The translations under genes were made by a program, and so were the position numbers. Shown here piece after piece: positions 57,656-64,000 of a DNA stretch of 64,000 bases. The DNA comes from Bacteriovorax sp. (lineage in GTDB: Bacteria > Bdellovibrionota > Bacteriovoracia > Bacteriovoracales > Bacteriovoracaceae): the NCBI GenBank assembly GCA_028710485.1, contig JAQTTZ010000012.1:1083-65082 (forward strand), in the 5' to 3' direction. Each line of letters opens with the position of its first letter. Position 1 is the first letter of the stretch. The notes below the pieces were generated by a model. It saw only the letters and a program-made list of their open reading frames with translations. It was not told the origin of the DNA and did no database searches.

Positions 57656-59350
57656 ATGGCCTTGCAAGATATATTAGAGAAAATTTTTAGAAACTTTAAG
57701 GAGTTCTTCGGTGGACTCGATTCAACCAAGAAGCTTGGTTTTATTATAGTTTCTTGCTTGATCATGGCGGCCATGACCGGAATTGTTGTTTGGGCATCCA
57801 AGACTCGTTACGACACGCTTTATTCTGAATTAAATAAAGAAGATGCAAGAAAAATTGCGATTCTTTTAGAAGAAAAGAAAATTCCTTATCAGACATCTAA
57901 CGATGGAAAAACAATATCTATTCCAGAAGATCTAGTGGGTGTATGGCGTTTAGAAATCGCGAAGCTTGGAACTAGTTTTTCAGGAACTGTCGGGTACGAA
58001 GTTTTTGATAAACAGTCATTTGGTACAACCAGCTTTGTTCAAAAGGTTAATAAACAAAGAGCCCTTGAAGGGGAGATGGTTAAAACCATCATGTATATCC
58101 AAGGTGTAAAGCGAGCTCGTGTTCATATTTCTATCCCTGAATCGTCTCCGTTTGTAGCTGAGAAAAAAGCACCAACTGCTTCAGTTGTTCTTGAATTAAA
58201 TAATGGAGTTTCATTAACTCCTGCAGAAATTAAAGGGATTGGATCGTTAGTAGCTTCATCAGTCGAAGAAATGAGACCTGAAAATGTAGTTATCTTAGAT
58301 GATCGTGGAAAAAAGCTTTCAGAAAATATTGGAGATATGATGACGGCCACAACCGCTAACCGTCTAGCTCTTGAAGCTCAGTTAAATCAAAAATACGAAA
58401 AGCAAATCGAAGATATCTTAACGAAAGTCGTCGGAGATGGAAAAGTTGTAGCCAAGGTGACTGTGGATTTGGATTTCACGGAATCAGTTGCAACGGCAAC
58501 GACATATGACAACGAAAACTCAGCAGTTGTTTCAGAAGTTAAAAACGTCCAGAACGTGAATGGTTCTCGTCCTTCTCCACAGGGGATTGCCGGAGCTCAG
58601 TCAAATCTTCCAGGTGAAGTTCCACAACCAGGGGTTGCTGAAACTAAAAATAATGTTACAAAAGAATTAACAACTAGAAATTTAAATGTTCCAACAACCG
58701 TGACTCAATCGAGAAAGCCATCGGCTAACGTGAAAGCGATTTCAGCTGCTGTTATGATCGATGGAAAACGAATTGCAGTACTAGGCGAAGATGGTCTACC
58801 TCAACTTGATAAGAATGGTAATGCCATCATGAAGTATGAGAAGTGGAGTGAAGCAGATCTTCAAAACTTTGCTCAGATTGTGGCTTCGACGCTTGGGACT
58901 TCAGAGAAACGTGGTGACAAATTAGTCATTAAAAATATGGAGTTTGCTCGCGAAGACATGAGTGTCGCGGATGCAATGTTGAAAGAGCAAGCTAATCGCG
59001 AACTTATTAAAAATATCGTGAAGTATCTGGCCGTTGGATTAACGATCTCATTATTTTTCTTCTTAGTAGTAAGACCATTCATCCAATGGGTAACGGACAA
59101 TACAATCGAGACAGTAGAAGATTTTTTACCTCGAACGTTAGAAGAATTAGAAAAAGTTCAGGCCAATCAACGCCTTCCTGGTCTTGAGGATGCTCTTCCT
59201 CAAATTGAAGAGAAATTGAACCCTGAGAAAATTGAAGGAAATATGCTGCGTGAAAAAATTATTGCTCTGGTTGAAAACAATCCTGGTAAAGCTGCACAGA
59301 TTATCCATGAAATGATTCACTCGAGTGAATCAGATAAACAAATTGCTTAA
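57656..59350 (+). CDS. fliF: Flagellar MS-ring protein
   Basis: GYEVFD, RALEGE, ARVHI, ASVV; two TM helices. Confidence 0.95.
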   Translation: MALQDILEKIFRNFKEFFGGLDSTKKLGFIIVSCLIMAAMTGIVVWASKTRYDTLYSELNKEDARKIAILLEEKKIPYQTSNDGKTISIPEDLVGVWRLEIAKLGTSFSGTVGYEVFDKQSFGTTSFVQKVNKQRALEGEMVKTIMYIQGVKRARVHISIPESSPFVAEKKAPTASVVLELNNGVSLTPAEIKGIGSLVASSVEEMRPENVVILDDRGKKLSENIGDMMTATTANRLALEAQLNQKYEKQIEDILTKVVGDGKVVAKVTVDLDFTESVATATTYDNENSAVVSEVKNVQNVNGSRPSPQGIAGAQSNLPGEVPQPGVAETKNNVTKELTTRNLNVPTTVTQSRKPSANVKAISAAVMIDGKRIAVLGEDGLPQLDKNGNAIMKYEKWSEADLQNFAQIVASTLGTSEKRGDKLVIKNMEFAREDMSVADAMLKEQANRELIKNIVKYLAVGLTISLFFFLVVRPFIQWVTDNTIETVEDFLPRTLEELEKVQANQRLPGLEDALPQIEEKLNPEKIEGNMLREKIIALVENNPGKAAQIIHEMIHSSESDKQIA

Positions 59351-59384
59351 GTTAGTGTTTTAGTAAAAATTAGAGGATTTGATT

Positions 59385-60425
59385 ATGGCCGCAATCGATG
59401 ACAACGTACTAGATCCGGACACTGAGTATGGCTTACTCAATGGTTCTGACCGAGCAGGTTTACTTTTAAGTTCACTGGGCATGAACATTACACAACTTGT
59501 TTTTCAAAACATGAAAGACAACGATGTTAAGAGAATGATTAATGCAATGTCGAATGTTAAGAGAGCTCCGATTTGGATGGTTAAAAGGGTCCTTGAAGAT
59601 TTCTATCAACAACTAAACGAAGAAAACGATTTATTATTTGCAGAAAACCGTGGGCGCGATTTCATTATCAATACTCTTGGAGAAGATAGAGCTAAACAAC
59701 TTCTTGGACAAATTGTAGAAGTTGGACAATCTAACACTCTAGAGTCGCTTGAACTTGTAGATACAAGAACTCTTTCTAACTTTCTTATCAACGAGCATCC
59801 TCAGACCATTGCTCTTATTGTTGCTCATTTAAATCCTGAGAGAAAAGTGGATGTTTTAAGACGTTTACCTGAAGGATTGCAGGCAGAAGTTGTTCTGCGA
59901 GTTGCCAACCTTGACTACGTGTCACCAGAATTAATTTCACAACTTGATGATGTTCTTAAAACTGAGCTTAGTACCCTTGGCTCAATTGATACGAACCAAC
60001 TTGGTGGTGTTGAGCCGATCGCAGATATGCTTAACCTTATGGATAAAAACACTGAGAAAAATATCATGTCTCGCGTGGAAGAAAAAGATCCAGAGTTGGC
60101 AGAAGAGATCAGAAAACTTATGTTTACGTTCGAAGATCTTATGTATGTTGATGATAAAGGTATTCAGAACCTTCTACGTGAAGTGGACAATGGAAAACTT
60201 GTTATTGCAATGAAGACTGCTCCAGATGAAATCAAGCAAAAACTTTTCAAGAACATGTCTAACAGAGCGGCTACGTTGCTCAAAGAAGATCTTGAGGCAC
60301 TTGGACCTACCAAACTTTCAGATGTTGAAAAAGCTCAAGCTGAAATGGTTCAAAAAACTAAAGAACTTGAGTCTCAAGGTAAAGCCTTTATTGCTCGCGG
60401 TTCTGATGGCGATTCACTGGTATGA
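59385..60425 (+). CDS. fliG: Flagellar motor switch protein
   Basis: EHPQTIAL, GGVEPIA, MFTFEDL, NMSNRAA. Confidence 0.96.
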   Translation: MAAIDDNVLDPDTEYGLLNGSDRAGLLLSSLGMNITQLVFQNMKDNDVKRMINAMSNVKRAPIWMVKRVLEDFYQQLNEENDLLFAENRGRDFIINTLGEDRAKQLLGQIVEVGQSNTLESLELVDTRTLSNFLINEHPQTIALIVAHLNPERKVDVLRRLPEGLQAEVVLRVANLDYVSPELISQLDDVLKTELSTLGSIDTNQLGGVEPIADMLNLMDKNTEKNIMSRVEEKDPELAEEIRKLMFTFEDLMYVDDKGIQNLLREVDNGKLVIAMKTAPDEIKQKLFKNMSNRAATLLKEDLEALGPTKLSDVEKAQAEMVQKTKELESQGKAFIARGSDGDSLV

Positions 60426-60448
60426 TAACAGGGATAAGGGATTAGTTT

Positions 60449-61252
60449 ATGGTTAAGCAATATTCAAAGGTAGAAGAGTATAAATTTAAAAGTTTTACAG
60501 ATGAAAATGCTGAAGCTGATAAAGTTACATTGTTTGAATTTAAACCTCTTTTAAGTTCAACTCATGCAATTGCAAAAAATGAATTTCAAAAAGTTATTAA
60601 AGAAGAGCGAACTCACGCTAAGAATAGCCAATTTAAAGTTAATCCGATTGTTGAAAAATATAGAGGATTAAAAGACCAGGAAGAGCAAGAGTACCAAGCA
60701 GCAGTTGAAAAAGAAGTTGTCAGAAGAATTTCTGAAATTCAAGACGATGCCTTTAAGGCGGGATTCGAAGAAGGTGTAAATCAGGGGCGAGAAGAAATTT
60801 TTAATGAGATGAGAAGTGTTGTAGACCAAAAACTTGATAACTTCTCCCAGATGGTTACTGAGGTTTTAAAAACTCAGGATGTGATTCTGGCACAGCAGAA
60901 AAAAGAAATTTATCTTCTTCTTCGAAATCTTACCAAATGGATTATCATCCGAGAGCTTAAAGAAGACGGAAAATATGTTGAGAGATTACTTGAGAAATTA
61001 TTATTAGAAATTCAAGCCCGAAATAATCTTTTGATTCAAGTTAATCCAAACGATTTTGGAGGAATGCCAGAGGTCCTGGCACATGTCCAATCTCGCTTAG
61101 GCGAATTAAAAAATGTAAGAATAGAAATAGATTCAGCCATTCTAACTTCAGGAATGATTGTTGAATCTGACAATGGAATCATTAATGCAACGATGGAAGA
61201 ACAATTTAAGAGTTTAGATAAACTATTTGAAGATGTTTTAGTTGAGTCCTAA
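60449..61252 (+). CDS. fliH: Flagellar export protein
   Basis: AxxxG repeats (AFKAGFEEGVNQG), VNPND, C-terminal domain; position between fliG and fliI. Confidence 0.88.
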   Translation: MVKQYSKVEEYKFKSFTDENAEADKVTLFEFKPLLSSTHAIAKNEFQKVIKEERTHAKNSQFKVNPIVEKYRGLKDQEEQEYQAAVEKEVVRRISEIQDDAFKAGFEEGVNQGREEIFNEMRSVVDQKLDNFSQMVTEVLKTQDVILAQQKKEIYLLLRNLTKWIIIRELKEDGKYVERLLEKLLLEIQARNNLLIQVNPNDFGGMPEVLAHVQSRLGELKNVRIEIDSAILTSGMIVESDNGIINATMEEQFKSLDKLFEDVLVES

Positions 61253-61266
61253 TTTTTAAATATAAG

Positions 61267-62625
61267 GTGAATAGCAATATGGATAAGATACTTGACTTAG
61301 CTTCTATTCACAATAATTACGAGTACTCATCTCCTTATCAAAAAATCGGAAAAGTGTATGCTAACAAAGGGATGGTTTTTGAAATCAACCTTTCTCGCGC
61401 GCCAATTGGATCCAACGTCGAATTCGTTACTGAATTTGGTGATAGATCTCTCGGGGAAGTCGTTGGTATCAATGGAACTAGATGTATGGCCATGCCGTAT
61501 GATGAACTCTCGGGAATCAATTCTGAAACGAGAGTTTATTTAAAAGACCTCACAACGACTATTAAAATATCAGAAGCGATGCTTGGGCGAGTTGTCGATT
61601 TTCAAGGTAATCCTATCGATGGAAAAGGACCAATTGAACATGTTAATGTTGAGGCAAGAAGTATTTACGGACACGCCTTAAATCCACTTGAAAGGCCGCC
61701 GATCAGAGAGGCCCTCGATACCGGTATTCATGCCATTAATTGTTTTATGACAGCAGGAAAAGGTCAGCGTTTTGCGATCATGGCCGGATCGGGGGTTGGT
61801 AAGTCAGTTACCCTTGGGATGATTGCTGAAAATTCTAGTTCAGACGTAAACGTTATCGCCTTAATCGGAGAGCGTGGACGTGAGGTTTTAGAATTTATTG
61901 AAACTGACTTAGGTCCGGAAGGATTAAAGAGATCAGTCGTTGTGGTGGCTACTTCAGATTCCTCCGCTCTAATAAGAATGAAAGCAGCTTATGTTGCAAC
62001 TACTATTGCTGAATATTTTCGTGATAGAAATCAAGACGTACTTTTAATGATGGATTCGATTACCAGATTTGCCATGGCCAATCGTGAGATTTCGCTTTCA
62101 GCAGGTGAGCCTCCTGGACAAAAAGGATATACACCTTCGGTATTTGCTCGCCTCCCTAAATTAATGGAGAGAGCTGGAACAAAGGCCGGTGCTGGTTCTA
62201 TTACAGGGATCTACACTGTCCTGGTTGAAGGTGGCGATATGGATGAGCCCATCGCCGATGCGGTAAGAGCAATTGCTGATGGTCACATTATTTTATCAAG
62301 AGAGCTTGCTTCAAGGAACCAATTTCCAGCGATAGATGTTCTTGCCAGTCTTTCGAGGGTCATGTCGAAAGTTGCGACGAAAGAACATAAAATTGTAGCG
62401 AGTCATCTTCGCGATCTTCTCGCGTCTTATAAAGCCAACGAGGATCTTATTAATGTTGGTGCTTATGCTAAAGGATCAAATCCAAAAGTTGATAAAGCCA
62501 TTTTGATTTACGAAGATCTAATGAGTCTTCTTAGACAAAACCAAGGGATGACGGAGTTTTTGCCAATAGAAACTCTCTATGACCGCATGGTAGAGATTGC
62601 CAGAAAAGCTGAAAATATTAAGTAG
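61267..62625 (+). CDS. fliI: Flagellar export ATPase
   Basis: AGSGVGKS, LIGERGREV, DSITRFA, DGHIILSR. Confidence 0.96.
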   Translation: MNSNMDKILDLASIHNNYEYSSPYQKIGKVYANKGMVFEINLSRAPIGSNVEFVTEFGDRSLGEVVGINGTRCMAMPYDELSGINSETRVYLKDLTTTIKISEAMLGRVVDFQGNPIDGKGPIEHVNVEARSIYGHALNPLERPPIREALDTGIHAINCFMTAGKGQRFAIMAGSGVGKSVTLGMIAENSSSDVNVIALIGERGREVLEFIETDLGPEGLKRSVVVVATSDSSALIRMKAAYVATTIAEYFRDRNQDVLLMMDSITRFAMANREISLSAGEPPGQKGYTPSVFARLPKLMERAGTKAGAGSITGIYTVLVEGGDMDEPIADAVRAIADGHIILSRELASRNQFPAIDVLASLSRVMSKVATKEHKIVASHLRDLLASYKANEDLINVGAYAKGSNPKVDKAILIYEDLMSLLRQNQGMTEFLPIETLYDRMVEIARKAENIK

Positions 62626-62639
62626 AGATAAAAGATTAG

Positions 62640-63095
62640 ATGCAAAAGTTTAAATTCAAACTCGATGGCCTTTTAAAAGTTAGAGAGTTTAAAGAAAAAA
62701 AAATAAAGATCGAATTAGGAGAAATCCTAAAAGAGATCAACGAAGTGGAAGGGAAAATCGCACTTGCCAATAAAGCAATTGATGAGACCTATGAGGCTCA
62801 AGACGTTTTTATGAAGGATTCATCGGCTGGAAGGATGCTTCAGTTTTTTCCTTATTTTATTCAAGGAAAAAAAGAAGAGATCAAAAATAAAGAAAATCTT
62901 TTATGGGCTCTTAAAAAAAAATATGACGTAAAAGTTACTGAACTTGCTGCTGCTCGCGGACAAGTTAAAGTTATGGAAAATTTTAAAGAAAAAAAACTAG
63001 GTGAATACAATCGCGAGCGAAATAAAAAAGAGATGGAAGCCATCGAAGAAATTTTAATGATGAGAAGAAATGGGGCCAATGCCTCTAATGAATAA
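62640..63095 (+). CDS. fliJ: Flagellar export chaperone
   Basis: FKFKLDGLLKVR; coiled coil; follows fliI. Confidence 0.85.
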   Translation: MQKFKFKLDGLLKVREFKEKKIKIELGEILKEINEVEGKIALANKAIDETYEAQDVFMKDSSAGRMLQFFPYFIQGKKEEIKNKENLLWALKKKYDVKVTELAAARGQVKVMENFKEKKLGEYNRERNKKEMEAIEEILMMRRNGANASNE

Positions 63096-63108
63096 TCACT
63101 GGTGTTTT

Positions 63109-63678
63109 ATGAATAAGTTATTTTTATGTTTTTTACTATTGGCAATCACTTCTCAAGTTTTCGCAGCTCCCACGCCTGCTAAAGCAGCTGTTCCGGCCGG
63201 ACCAGTTAAACGCACTTATACAGAAGAAGAATTCAAAAAAGCGGTAATGGTAGAAGCTGAGAAGCTCATGAAAAAAGCTGGAAGTGGCCACCTCATCGAT
63301 TTTTCTAAAGAGCTTCTCGATAAAGAAGAAGCTGTCAAAGTAAAAGAGCTCAATGTCCAAAAAGAACAAGAGCAATTAAAATTAAATATGAACGACTTTC
63401 AAAAAAAAGTAGTTGAGTTTCAAGAATCACAAAAAAAATTCCTAGGTTGTATTGATTCTCAAAATGATAAAGTAGAGAAGCGAATATCACAGATGGTTGA
63501 AGTCATCGCTGGGATGAAACCACAAAGTGCAGCCGATGTTTTATCGGTGCAAGATCCCGATCTTTCTGTTCGGATATTGGGACAACTCGAAGCTCAAAAA
63601 GCCTCTAAGATTTTTAACTTAATGGATAAGGAAGTTTCTGCCCGACTTCAGAAACAATTCCTTCAGATGAAAAAATAA
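63109..63678 (+). CDS. MotE/FlbB-like (MgtE_N) flagellar protein
   Basis: Signal peptide, coiled coil, GMKPQSAA...ASKIFNLMD. Confidence 0.8.
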   Translation: MNKLFLCFLLLAITSQVFAAPTPAKAAVPAGPVKRTYTEEEFKKAVMVEAEKLMKKAGSGHLIDFSKELLDKEEAVKVKELNVQKEQEQLKLNMNDFQKKVVEFQESQKKFLGCIDSQNDKVEKRISQMVEVIAGMKPQSAADVLSVQDPDLSVRILGQLEAQKASKIFNLMDKEVSARLQKQFLQMKK

Positions 63679-63727
63679 GGTAGAGTGGAACGAGTACGCT
63701 AAGCGTCGAAGTTTAATTAAGGAAACG

Positions 63728-64000
63728 ATGAAAGGATTGCCATCACAAATACTCCCAAAATCATCTAAGGCAGAAGCTTTTGGTGATAAAAAAGTTTCAG
63801 CCAAGGCCGAAGCTGGAGTTGCTGTTGAAGGTGCTAGTGTTGAAGGGGCCGCTGAAAGCACGAATGGCGGATTCGCTGCTCTTTTTGCGACTCTTACGGG
63901 AAAAGGAAAAAACGCGAGTAAATCAAGTGATGTTAAATCAAGTGATGTTAAATCAGAAACAGGTGATACTCTAAAAAATCTTTTAACAGAAAAAAACAAA
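63728..64000 (+). CDS. fliK: Probable hook-length control protein FliK, N-terminal part (runs off the window)
   Basis: AAGGA SD; open frame MKGLPSQILPK...FAALFA..., low complexity, with a 15-bp repeat (KSSDV x2) at 63919-63955. Name rests on gene position only. Confidence 0.55.
   Translation, partial: MKGLPSQILPKSSKAEAFGDKKVSAKAEAGVAVEGASVEGAAESTNGGFAALFATLTGKGKNASKSSDVKSSDVKSETGDTLKNLLTEKNK

Noticed and set aside
63619-63999. 126-aa minus-strand ORF and other short overlapping ORFs in the track
   Set aside because: Antisense or out-of-frame shadows of well-supported genes; here the real frame is the plus-strand ORF from 63728.
1-64000. rRNA, tRNA, prophage or integrase genes
   Set aside because: None recognised; intergenic gaps are short and lack cloverleaf or rRNA signatures by eye.

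Overview
AT-rich bacterial chromosome segment. Gene content and order point to a predatory Bdellovibrionota, probably Bacteriovorax-like (inference, not a database result). Most of the window is housekeeping and envelope genes: pepA, lptF, rodZ, pilF, lepA, an LPS/glycan cluster, recO-msbA-glyQS-ppdK, mpl, metK, ahpCF, mlaEFD and a flgBC-fliEFGHIJ-motE-fliK flagellar cluster. The standout is a minus-strand operon at 31787-38506. It carries three large, unrelated lipoproteins with normally cytoplasmic, nucleotide-using enzyme domains: an R-S-E ADP-ribosyltransferase, a nucleoside phosphorylase-like domain and an IucA/IucC-like ligase. All three share a lipobox, an R-x-[PI]-A-[SA] motif just after it and a C-terminal [SA]-C-x-x-h-[MI]-x-S-[FL]-h helix (h = hydrophobic). 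The operon sits behind a sigma28/FliA-like promoter and a 16-codon leader ORF. This looks like a candidate predatory effector cassette with a shared, uncharacterised sorting or delivery signal. Other items of note are an internally deleted BrnT toxin, a 5'-damaged Y1/RAYT-like transposase, a large SleB-like hydrolase coupled to mpl, a degenerate sigma54 activator inside the flagellar operon, FleQ-box-like, CsrA-like and OxyR-like sites, and two REP-like repeat pairs. All family calls come from motif recognition by eye; no searches were run.
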